A DNA stretch of 59,720 bases, the filler included, from Basidiobolus ranarum (lineage: Eukaryota), in assembly GCA_040143965.1 (NCBI GenBank). It is 2 parts of 2 records of this genome, joined end to end, with 100 filler letters (N's around TTAATTAATTAA, not from the genome) between each part and the next. Parts side by side here need not be neighbours in the genome. Positions count along the whole stretch, not along the records: positions 1 to 29,891 come from JASJQH010000102.1; 1 more part is not named here. One strand, given 5' to 3'. Positions 13,116 to 24,419 of this stretch are shown in pieces (the first letter of the stretch is position 1; the number at the start of each line of letters is the position of its first letter). The notes under the pieces were generated by a model. The model worked only from the letters and a program-made list of their open reading frames with translations, did not search any database and was not told the DNA's origin. A program made the position numbers and the translations under genes.

Positions 13116-14909
13116 ATTCTAAGAGGGGTAGGCGGATTTGGAGGTACGTAGGATGGACATGTTACAACTATTTATATTTTAAAAATAGCGAGTTCCTCTT
13201 TAGTAAATCGAGTTTTACTATGATGAATAACCGATCGAGGTATTCTTATGAATTCGATTGCTCACCATAAGATTGCACGATCTGAGAAGAATCGAGGAAC
13301 TGAATATCAGCTGATTGTGATTGCGATTGTGACCAACTGAAACAGCCTTAGACTATAGAAGTATTCCATAATATTATATGAGTAATTAATCGATTAAAAC
13401 CATCTTTTGGATTACGCCTTTGGTGAAAAACACTGGAAATCTACCAATCATTTTATTTGTGAGTTGAAATAATAACAAACCTTGTACATAATGTTCATGA
13501 TTTCCTTGATTCCTTACTACCTTTAATCCTGCAAACATGCCCGAAAGTACAACAAAGCAAGCACAGTATGCAACACTCGCTAGAAAACTCACTGAACTCA
13601 ACAAAAATTTAAAAAGATTGGAACAAAACATTGATGTAGCTTCTCATAATTCTCATGCCGCTACTAAGCTAGCCATCTCGCATGGTTCAATGTAAGGCTT
13701 TCACCCTTTAACAGCTAATGTCCATCACTTAGCTATTTCTATCGCAATTTTGATATATATTTCGAACAACTACTAATATCAATCACTTCGTTGTTTAGTT
13801 TCATGTCCGCTGGTCGTGTATTACCCTCGGAAGATGCTTAATTTTAGGTGGATTTCGCAACTGACATTCTCTAATACTATATAGAATTCTGTAATATAGT
13901 TCGTTGTTGACAAGGAAATCTCATCTGACTCTGTATAGTGGTTATTCCTCTGATTTATTTACGTTGATAATAAAATGGATGATTCTTCATAACTCTTTGG
14001 CAATGATTAACAAATGCAAATGAAGTAGAAAACGCGAATATTGCTTTACTAAATAATACTCTCATATTCCCTGGTATAACCCCTCTCCGGCCATAATCAT
14101 ATTTTTGTTACTATGTCAAATCGTATGAACCAATACAATAGGACTGCACTTGGCACTGGAAAGAATGACTGCTTCATATTCACCACTATCGTATGAATAT
14201 TAAAAATAATCAGGTTAGTCAAATACTTACCATAACTTAAACCAGAAGATCGTTAAAGCAATTCCACAACCGTTGAGATCCCTTGATATGAAGAAATTCC
14301 CTCCAAATCCCCAGTTTTTTCCAACGTGGCTTGCAAAATTCACAAGTCTTACCAACTCTACAATCAGCGAGGAGTGATTGCTACAAGTATCAGTAGAGCT
14401 AGTAAATTTGGATACTACAAAGAAGCCCATAAATAGATTTGTTTACAGAAATGTGCTAGCAGATATATCTAGCAAATCTTATCAACATTTGGTAAGAGGA
14501 CAGTTCTAGATAATCTGTAAAGAGCAATATAATAGCAATAAATCTATTGTATATCTCAACCAACCAATAAGCACCGGATTGTTCGGATTGGCTTAGAGCT
14601 TGATGTTAATCTTATAATGGATATTTACTTTGATTTGAATAACAAACTGTCACTGAGGTTTTTCGAATCCGACTTCAACTCATTTTAACACCCTTATGGC
14701 AACTTGATGTGATTTCTTAACATGGGAAGTGCTAATATTTTTAGATTGAAAATCCAAATTAAGAAGAAATCCCTTGGCATTATTTGTTACTAAACTCACG
14801 TAAAACCTACCTTGGTCTCTTACTTAAAGCAGTATTTTACGAACGGCTGATAGAATTGGTCAATATCGAGAGATAACTTTCCCAAATCGTGATGGCCGGT
14901 GTCTTATTT

Positions 14910-14919
14910 CCATTTAAGG
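14910..14919 (+). promoter_or_regulatory. CArG box (MADS/SRF-Mcm1 type)
   Basis: CCATTTAAGG fits CC(A/T)6GG, about 75 bp upstream of TATATAA (14987); an equivalent box lies in the paralog promoter. Confidence 0.5.
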
Positions 14920-15051
14920 CATAGCGTACGTTCGAGGTGTTCTCTATTTCTGGTAAGGGGAAGATAATTCAAGTTCCGTTTGAAAGTATATAATGGCTCT
15001 TCTCTCAGTTACCAGATTATCTTCAGTCCACTCTGATTTCTATTAACTACC

Positions 15052-15957
15052 ATGCTTCGTCAAACTGCCAACTTATTGATCGCCAGTACTTTACTCGGTT
15101 ATGTCGTAGTAGATGCCAAACTCTACATTACCTCTCCTGTAAAAACTACATGGAAAACTGGTACTAAGGAAACCATCACCTGGTAAGTAGCTTCTAAAAA
15201 CTTTCAATCGACGAATTCTTTATCTAAATTTCTGTGCCATCTTATTAGGGAGAACTATGGAAGTGGAGAAATGCCCAAAACTTTCAACCTGAATCTCATG
15301 GATGGAAACGATAAAGATTTGCAATTTGTTGAGCTCGTTGCAGCTAATATAGACTCTGATAAGGGTTCTTATGAATGGACTCTACCTGCTAATTTAACCA
15401 CAGGCCAATACGCTCTCCAAGCGGTTAGTCAAGATATGTCCCCCATATATACAGATAAATTCGATATTATCGGGACAAGTGACAAACATACATCAGAGGT
15501 TACCACTGCTACTAAAACCTCTAAATCTGAGGTCAGCTCTCACGTTTCAGATGCTTCCAAGTCAAAGGATGCACGCCCTTCAAAGTCCACTGACAAGGAT
15601 GCCCACGCCTCAAAGGAGACCCATGCTTCAAAGCCCACTGATGCTTCAAAGGATGATTCTAAAACCACTGATAAATCTAAGGACGCTCATGATTCTAAAA
15701 CCACTGACAAATCTAAGGACTCTCACGCTTCAAAGCCTACTCACGCTTCAAAAGACGTTCAACATAATATGAAGAACGATAAAGCATCATCAGATGCTTC
15801 TGACGCCTCCTCAAAATCCGACAGTTCCAGCTCCTCTTCCACCTCCACCTCTGCATCTACTACTCCTTCGCACCATAATGGCTCCAATGCTATAACTTTA
15901 CCATTGGTTGTTGTCTCTATTCTGGCATTCGCTAGTTCTTACATCACTTTGGCTTAA
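15052..15957 (+). CDS. Secreted Ser/Thr-rich GPI-anchored protein with a Kre9/Knh1-like N-terminal domain; intron 15183-15248
   Basis: Signal peptide MLRQTANLLIASTLLGYVVVDA; ITSP..W..G...ITW, GSYEWTLP, GQYAL and YTDKF motifs; HASK/DSKTTDKSK repeats; hydrophobic C-terminal GPI signal. Confidence 0.9.
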
Positions 15958-16199
15958 GCTATCCGCCTAGCCTCGTCTGCTACCCATCTCTCGACCTCAT
16001 GAACCGCCACATGAAAAATAATTCCTCATTGCCCTTAAAATATAAAATTTCATGTAAATTCATCAATTTCAATACCTCCAACATTTTAGAGATTAATAAA
16101 TAAAACGTAAGTTCATAAATATCTAAAGTTTCTTTCAATATTTTATATATCAAGATTTATTTAGAGTAGAGGAGTCGTACATATTTTGCCAGAGGAAGG

Positions 16200-16352
16200 T
16201 ACTTTGGACTATCAATTCAATGACTGATAAAACAGAAGAAGCAGAGTTCAGAGTGGAAGCTAAAAAGTTGCAAATGCGGATATATATGAAATGATGGAAC
16301 TAGAAGTAATGAATATTGAGACAGAGAGAAGGGATAGTGGTGACAGTAACAA
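16200..16352 (-). pseudogene. Degraded inverted relic of the Ser/Thr-rich exon of the 19079-19971 gene
   Basis: Colinear nucleotide matches to 19236-19471: gtgacagtaac identical; tgcggat..atgaa..gatggaactagaag vs tgcggat..atgaa..gatggagctagcag; gaagaagcagagttcagagtggaag vs gaagaaactgactccagtgcggaag. Confidence 0.55.
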
Positions 16353-16515
16353 CAAACTTATCAGTTATTGTCAGAGTGGCCTTTTTGAATCCGAGTTGGA
16401 TTAGTCCTTACATGGTGAGGACAAAATATTGTATTAACTTAGTTTGGGAAGAGTTGATATTTTTAGAATTCGAATCCAAATTAAGAAAATCTACAGTAAC
16501 TGTTACCAAACTCAC

Positions 16516-17157
16516 TTTAGAATATACTCTACCCGGGGATTTACCCCAGGGTAGTTACGCTCTCAGAGCGGGTAGAGGCGAAGATGCTGTATACATACCT
16601 TGCTTTGATGTTACCGGAACAAATGATAGTCATACAACGAAAACAGTAGCCTCTAGCATCACAACACCTAGTAAATCTTCTGAAGCACCTAAATCGGAAG
16701 CTAGCTCTCACCATTTAAAGGCTATTGATCATACGCATGCAAATTGCACATTTAAGACCGAGTTGTATAAGAGCAACAGCAACAACCATACTAGAAATAT
16801 GTATAGTCAGTATGCAAAATGAAATCCATCCTAACAGCTCTAATTCTGGAGTATATAGCCAGTGTCATGAAGTATCTATTTGTGGACATTATAAATCCAC
16901 TTTGGATGTTAGTGTAAAGAATCAAAGCAATCCCTATATTATAGGCCAAGATTTAGATGATACCTATTATTGTGGAGATGATGATTATACTTCATGCTCT
17001 GGATCTTGTTTTTACATCCGAATACCATAGTGAAGATATGGGTTATTCTAAGTGTCCCGAATCTATATTTCCTAGATCAAAAGCATCTAATGGATTTAGA
17101 GTTAATACAAAGTCTATGATTTTCATGTCTGCTATTTTGCTTTCCTTAGCCTGGTAA
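16516..17157 (+). pseudogene. 5'-truncated, frameshifted copy of the 17526-18509 gene
   Basis: Near-identical LEYTLPxDLPQGSYALRAGRG segment; no signal-peptide exon; 58-nt intron at 16801-16858; about 17-nt deletion near 16997 shifts the frame. Confidence 0.8.
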
Positions 17158-17410
17158 AGTACAATATTGCATGTCTTGATAATAAAATTCAATGCTAAAA
17201 GTTCACCATACACTACTTATTTCTTATTTTTTCCATTTGAATATGTCATTTCGAATTTTTATTTCATGAGTTTAGGTTGGAGCTTTGAAGCATTTCCAAT
17301 TCTATTATAATATTTGTCGCGTAAACGCCAAAATGACCTTGTATTTCTTCCTAAATATTTACCTATATTTCATAAAGCATTGGTTAATTTTGAATACCGG
17401 TGATGGGTTT

Positions 17411-17420
17411 CCATTTATGG
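17411..17420 (+). promoter_or_regulatory. CArG box (MADS/SRF-Mcm1 type)
   Basis: CCATTTATGG upstream of TATATAA (17477), at a position equivalent to the 14910 box. Confidence 0.5.
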
Positions 17421-17525
17421 TGCAGACATTGTCTGTTTTTGGTAAAAAGAAGAAAAATCGCGTTCCATCTTGGAGGTATATAATAACTTCCCTTGGTACC
17501 ATGTTGGATTCAATCCAAACTGACC

Positions 17526-18509
17526 ATGCCTCGTCAAACTGGTAACTTGTTGATCGTCAGTGCCTTATTGGGTTCTGCTGTGGTAGATGCAAACATTCAT
17601 TTTACTTCTCCTATATTATCTACATGGAAGACTGGCCCCATCACTTGGTAAGTAACTTCTAAACACTGATTATTAATGAACCTTGAATCTAAACTTCTGA
17701 GTCTTCCTTTTAGGAAGAACCAAGGGAACGTAGCAATACCTCAAACCTTCGACTTGTTTCTTGTGAGTGGAGAAGATACAAGTCAAGATGTTCAAACGAT
17801 TGAAACAAATATAGATTCTGCTACGAAATCTTTAGAATATACTCTACCTGCGGATTTACCCCAGGGTAGTTATGCTCTCAGAGCGGGTAGAGGTGACGAT
17901 GCCGTATACATACCTCAATTTGATGTTATCGGAACCAGTGATAGTCATTCGACAAAATCAGTCACCTCAGCCACCAAGACGTCTAGTACATCTTCAGAGG
18001 TTCCTACACCTGAAGCTAGTTCTCACATCTCAAAAGCCACTGACGTTCCCAAAAACTCACACATCATTACAGGGACATCGATGAATTGCACATTTAGAGC
18101 CGAATTATATCAGAACAACAGTAACAACTACACTAGAAATATGTATCACCATCTGCTAAATGATTATCAAATCAATAACATTCAGAGCTTGAGAATGAAT
18201 ATTTGGTATGAGGAAGTATCTATTTGTGGGCATTATAAGTCCACATTTGAAGTATCTTTAAAAATACCCAGTGATTTAAATGATTTATATCAAGATTTAT
18301 ACCAGACCAATTATTGTAAGAACCAAGATTATTCTTTTTGTTCTGCTAGTTGCAATACTTTAGATCTTACTTTTACCTCTGAATACAGTAGTAAAGATAT
18401 GGGTTATACTAATTGTCCAACCTTTATTTTCCCTAGATCTAAAGCATTGATTCTTAATCCAAAATCTATTTATTATGTATTCATTATTTTACTTTCATTA
18501 CTTTTATGA
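17526..18509 (+). CDS. Secreted Kre9/Knh1-N-type protein with a Ser/Thr linker, a 6-Cys domain and a hydrophobic C-terminus; intron 17648-17713
   Basis: Signal peptide MPRQTGNLLIVSALLGSAVVDA; same phase-2 intron within the ITW codon as its paralogs; open ORF to 18509. Confidence 0.85.
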
Positions 18510-18703
18510 AATTAATAAATCTTCTAACATTCCATAATATAACATTGATCTGAAATGCCAAAATCCACTTGCAAAAGATGTTTACTTGTTTAAATCGAAC
18601 ATTATGTTTAAAGTTGACTGATATAACCATGGTTACTACTCACGCTTTAAAGTCTTCCCACACCTCAGTCCCCATTCAAGTAGCACAACCATTTCTCCTA
18701 CTG

Positions 18704-18765
18704 CGTGTCATAGAGAATCAAGTAGACCGAATTTCGTGTCATAGAGAATCAAGTAGACCAAATTT
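18704..18765. repeat. Two-copy tandem repeat, 31 bp
   Basis: cgtgtcatagagaatcaagtagacc(g/a)aattt x2. Confidence 0.85.
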
Positions 18766-19078
18766 ATTGTGAATTCCTGTATCAATTCAGCTTAATTTTC
18801 TCTACCTCATTTCCTCGTGTCATATATGATCCTACAGAGATAAAGAAATAAAATGAATACTGATACGATTGGATAGAATATTAATTCAACAATGATTAGG
18901 AATGCCACGAAAGTGATGATTTGGTTAAAGGAGTATTTATTTATGTTCAAAAGATTGTACATGATTTACTAACAGTGTGAGTGTGAGGGGAAGGGAAGAG
19001 GTATAGGAATAATCGCGGTCAGAACATTTCCAACTTAAATGGGCATCATTTCGAAACAAGTTAGATTGATTGGGGTAT

Positions 19079-19971
19079 TTATACTATGGTGCTAATATAA
19101 CCAAAAATCATGGCTACTGATACGATTAAAGTAGATGGGATGATTTGACCAACTCCATTTTGAGATTCAGTAGTAGTGGTTTCAGTTGGAATAGCCTCGG
19201 TGCTAGAGGTGCTTGCGATTTCCGATTCAACTGATGATATGACTGAGGCAACTGAGGAAGAAACTGACTCCAGTGCGGAAGTAGCAGAAGCGATGATGGA
19301 GCTACCAGAAGCTACAGATGAGGCAGAGGAGGCAGATGAGGCAGATGCCGCAGATGAAGCAGACGAGACAGACGCGGATGCGGATGCAGATGCAGATGAA
19401 TCGATGGAGCTAGCAGAAGAAACGGAGGCAATTGATGTTGAAGAGATAGGCTTATCAGCAGTGACAGTAACGGTAACAGTTTTAGCATACGACTTAGATG
19501 TAGAAGAGTCAGTAGTGGCGGTTGGTTCAGTTGATGTGGTAGTATCAGCATTAGGTTCAGCAATGGTGAAGAATGGTGAATAAGAGCCACTACCACCACC
19601 AGCTCTAAGAGCATATTTTCCTGCTTCAAGGTCAGTGGGAACGGTCCATTCATATGAACCAGAGGCAGTACTAACTCCGGATGCAATGTTAGCAACAAGT
19701 TGTAGAGCAGTGGGGTTTCCATTCATGAGATCGAGATCAGCAGTTTCAGGCATTCCCTTGCCATCACCATTGTCTATCCTGAAACGTGAACACAAAAGTT
19801 TAATTAAATAACTTCAGGAGTTGATGTTTATGTTACTTACCAGGTAATGATATGCTTTGAGCCAGCCTTCCATTCCACTTCTAAAGGAGCAGTGAAAGCA
19901 AGAGTCGCATCAACAGTAGCATAGCCGAGTAAAGTGGCAGCGATCAATAATTGAGCAGATTGGCGAAGCAT
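19079..19971 (-). CDS. Secreted Ser/Ala/Thr-rich GPI-anchored Kre9/Knh1-N-type protein; intron 19840-19779
   Basis: Signal peptide MLRQSAQLLIAATLLGYATVDA; GSYEWTVP, GKYALRA and YSPFF motifs; (SA)n tract; GPI-type tail. Confidence 0.9.
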
Positions 19972-20368
19972 GATTGTAAGAGTCTTAAGCTATGAAGGTA
20001 TGATATGGAATGAGGCTAGAAACTGGGCATTTATACTCCAAGTAATCTGTCTACTCCGCTTCAAGAAGAATGTTGAATATTTCGAGTTATTCCAAATTTA
20101 GAAAATTAATATTGATTATGATGGCATTATGATAATTCCGTATCTTAAAATTGATCTATATAGTCTCCGCCCACCACACCAATCACCACACCAATTACTG
20201 ATATGTGCTGAAGATCAGTATCTATCGAAACAAGTAAATGCAAATTGTTTATATGTGTCACGAAGCTTTTTAACAGCACGCAGTAGTTACGCCACATCGT
20301 CTGTCATCATATTCAATGCTCAAGTGCTGGTAGGTAGTGCCATGGTTTAGAACATTCATATTACCATG

Positions 20369-20409
20369 TATCTTATTCTATAATTCCTATCTTATTCTAT
20401 AATTCCTAT
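20369..20409. repeat. Tandem repeat, 19 bp x2
   Basis: tatcttattctataattcc repeated exactly. Confidence 0.8.
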
Positions 20410-20937
20410 TACCATGTTATTTCCCATTGAATCCATTCGATTTCGAGTTTCTATGGATTCTTTCTATCTTGATAGATTAAGGTTAAATGATCCTAGATAA
20501 AGCTGATGTCATTACCATCCTGGATCCTAAAGTATACAAATTTTGCTCTAATTGTGGCACTCGGGTTATGTCATGCTATTTAAAATGGTTTGATGTAGTA
20601 ACTATGAATTGTTGAGGGTGGCTTTTACAATCATATATTAATAAATATTATTGTGTGAGTATCCTGGTTACATGTAAGAGAAGCGCTACTTTAATAGATG
20701 GTAAATCCTATTTTTATGATATGGTCGCAGCTATCCAGGTTTGAAATCGCTATGCTAATTTTCTTGACGGGATATATAATGATAGGCATAGTTCTAGTTA
20801 CGTACACAAACATAAAATTCATCAATAATTACTATACGAAGAAAGAGTTGCCAAAATAATATGTCGAAATATGGTATGAGAAAGACAAAACTAACAATTG
20901 GCCGAGTTAAAGGTTATATAACTGAGTGATTCTCGTG

Positions 20938-23227
20938 TTATACACGCATCAAATTATTTGAAAACATTGAAAGGTCTTCGTCAAAAAAAGACGGAATAAA
21001 ATGGGTGCTGTTGGTGTCATTTAACTGTATTTGATGAGCGGAGTTGCTTCTTAGAACGCGAGATTGACTGCCCGTGTATACTTTGTGACTGCCTCCTAAC
21101 TTTTCCCAATGTCTTAATCGATCCCAATCCAAGACGCGTACACTCCAGGAAATCGACGGCCATTTACTTTTTAGCAGGTGGATCTTTTCATGCACTAGTG
21201 TAATTATTTGCTCCTTTGTCAATGAATTTACATTTTTATCTTCAAGTTTGAGATAAGGAAGACAAGAAAGGTTTCCTCGTTTAACCTCGTGAAGATAAGT
21301 TTGGTAGACGAGCATTTTTCGCCTATATGACAGGTACATAGGATTATAAATATGGCTATGAAGTGTTTCAAAATGCCCAAACGAATACATAGCAAGACGT
21401 GGGTGATGCGCGTAATTTCTTAAAGCGTTGGAATCCTGTAGCAGACGTATTGGATTGACAATTAAAATGATTCGAACTGTATCAATCACATTTCCACAGT
21501 CATCTCTTCGAAGTACTTTCAAATCCACCGTTTCTACATCGTATATATTGGTCATACTTAGTTTTAACCGTGAAAGATTCTGGAGTTTTAAAAATGCTTT
21601 CACGAATTGATACTTGAAGGAATCCAACCGAGAATCTTTCTTACAGGCTTGTAAGTTAAAATATACTTCGTCGTTTAAGCTTTCATCGGAAAATCCTCTT
21701 TTAGTCTCCGTGATAAGTTTCCACTCTTTTTCACTTAATTCTGGGTCTTCTCGAATCTTTACCATAGGTAGCATATGCTTTCGATGACGATGAAGTAAAA
21801 TATTTACACCAGTTGCTGTGGCCTCCAGATGATATAGGCCGACATATAAACCAGGTGAGGGCCTAACAGTTCGCGAAGCATACAATGTCCATGCCTGTGA
21901 GAGTACAGAATAGGAAGAGTTATAAGCTCTGGAGCTCAAGGATTCTATGGAACGCCATTTAAGTGTTCCTTTTTTAAGTAGATCTGTGGCAATTGTGGAA
22001 AGATGTTTATCGGAGACGTATTGCACAGCTAGAAGCATTTTGGAGGAGTATTCGGAGAGTTCGATCAAATGTTCATGTAGGTGGCCCAGTTTTGGTATTG
22101 GTAAAATTTTCATCATACTATCAGCAGCTTCACAAAATGATAATCTCAAACTTGGAGAGTAGCTTTGATTTCTTGCTTGATGATGAATAATTGGGTTGTA
22201 ACACTCTGATGTATTAGTTGTTTCCCATTCCATAGAGCTTTTCAGGATCCACGAGAACTCCTCTGAACTCTCGCTGAAATCTTTCCCTCCATCCATCGAG
22301 GAAAGGTTATCGGCGACGAGTAGAGTAGGAAGTAAGCCACTTCCAGTCTGTAGTACTTTGTGGTCACTGCGGAAGATCAACACCGAAAGGTACAGAGAAT
22401 CATTACGGAATTTTGTCTTCAAAGAAGTATAGGGGCGATTAAAGAAACTACTGAAAGAGTTTGACTTTGGTGGGTTGTATCTGATAGTCTCTTCTGAGCT
22501 ACGGAACAGTATAGACTGAAAATACAGTTTGATTAAGTAAACAATTCTTGAGGATTAGATTTAATAAACACCATTACCGATTTTTCAGAAGCCAATTCAA
22601 AATAGTCCGGTTTTTTACTCAAAATTAGGAGTGATTTCTACAAAAGTAAAGATTGTGAGTCTTTACTCAGAGTTCCCAAGTTTTATTTGGTTGATAACAT
22701 ACCCTAGCTTCTGGAGGATAGGTTTCAATTGAGAGATCGTCGTTCAGCCAGCTGTTCAACCAATCGCAATAACTATAAAGCAATTCGAAGTGATTAGTGT
22801 TTCAACATATTTGGTCGTTCTCTCCACATTTGACATTTCATCCCCTGTCTCAATCAATAGCAACGCCAATCCCCCACATCTGTTTACTTGAATAAAACTT
22901 ACATCGCATAGTTCCACTCCTCCCAATACTCGAATTTCTCGCAGCACTATAGAATCGTTGAGTCAGCTATGGTGTAAATCAGGCAAATCATGATAACTCA
23001 AGGGTATTACCAACTCAGCCACCTTTCGGATGGTTGTTCCTTGGGGAACTCGGAGGGTGATAGTCTTGATACGTGATACATCTTTGACAATAACGGTAAT
23101 CTTTGCGCTAAGATATCAGGAATCTGTATGAGTACAAAGCAAAAGTAGCGCATCAAACCAACCTTTACCTTTCTGAGACCAAATCCGATTGAGTAGTCGA
23201 ATATCTTTTCGTCTCTGTGATACTCAT
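20938..23227 (-). CDS. 635-aa protein: N-terminal ubiquitin-like (RA/FERM-F0-like) domain plus ANKFN1/WIDE AWAKE-like core domain, copy A; exons 23227-23169, 23107-23011, 22946-22903, 22772-22703, 22637-22578, 22515-20938
   Basis: Six exons splice in frame (1908 nt) with canonical GT-AG; the paralog has the same intron positions; motifs PGLYVGLY, MVKIREDPELSEKEW, FETLHSHIY, WPSISWSVRVLDWDR. The gene model is solid; the domain call is from memory. Confidence 0.8.
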
Positions 23228-24419
23228 AGTAATTATGGCTTATTTCACGGTTAAATTGATATCACAGGGTTTAAGAACAAATGGGACTATCAGGTTACTG
23301 AGAATGAGATAATTCCAACGGAAGAAGTGAATAATGAATATTACATTCACATTCTGTCTTTATATAAGAGAGGGCTAATATCAGCATTCAATCAAAGCTT
23401 TGCCTATATCGAATAAAGATTCTAATTTCGCCATTTCTAGACATTTTTTATTCAGATATATGTACTTGCTGTGGGTTTCTTGAAACTATTTATGCACGGA
23501 TAGTCACCCTGATTTAGTGGTGGTTGACGAAAGAGCTAAATTATTCCTTCTACAAATATATTGAAACTAATAGGGTTTATTAAATGGGGATGTGTTGGAA
23601 GATACTTCCGATGACTACTACGAGCTATCGAACCTCTGTATAGGTTACCTGGAGTGGGATATTGTGTTACGTTGTGTTTGCACCACTGATGAACTCCTTA
23701 CAGTAGAGTATATCGAGGCTTTCATTGGATTTTCTTGACTGTATTTCATTCACCACCAGCGGCATAGGCAGACATATAAGCTGTAGCAGAAAATTAAGGC
23801 CGTAGCGGAAAAAGGGTTTCTCCTTTTCTACGTCATTGATGGATTCATTTATCCCTCGAAGAATCTCCAGATCTGTACGCAACTCCACAGGCTGTTACAC
23901 GGTGGTAGTCTTATATGAAATCCCTCCTTTTTTGCCATTGTATGGTAAGATTCAAAGCAGGTGAAAGGCCGTGTATCGGCATCACTGCCTTCTAGCCAAA
24001 AAGGAAGTGCATGTTATTAAATACATAAATCCCATCTTCAGCATATGCGATCACTTGTGATGGGAACATCAGTGGCAAAATTGCAAAACGAAACCACCGT
24101 GCTCATCGTTAGTACAAAATTCATGTCATGAAAAGCGTTATATATTTAGGTTAGCGAAATAACTAAATTATGGAAGAAAAAGTTGACTTTTAGGTAAAGT
24201 TTGAATTATTAATGGTTTTCATTGTTTGGGAGGCTTAAATAGTAAAATTGGTAACATGTTATAGTCGACATATAGGCGGCATGAAAGGGATGCTTGAGTA
24301 GTAGGTATTTATATATAGATCGGTAATTAATAATTGTGATAACTATTTTCAATGAAAATATCTGGAAAAACGATCAAAACTGCGGAGAAAATCGATTATG
24401 AAAATCAGTTGTTATAAGG

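Noticed and set aside
13119-13160. In-frame upstream ATG/uORF (MSILRTSKSAYPS*) before the TLC gene, suggesting readthrough
   Set aside because: The ATG lies only about 10 nt downstream of the TATA box, so it is probably upstream of the transcription start
19176-19722. Acidic Ala/Asp/Glu ORF (+) and Leu/His ORF (-)
   Set aside because: Antisense and alternative frames of the poly-SA GPI protein
23560-23910. Coding-like intergenic stretch between the WAKE-like paralogs, perhaps a decayed retroelement
   Set aside because: Multiple stops and no diagnostic motif I can identify
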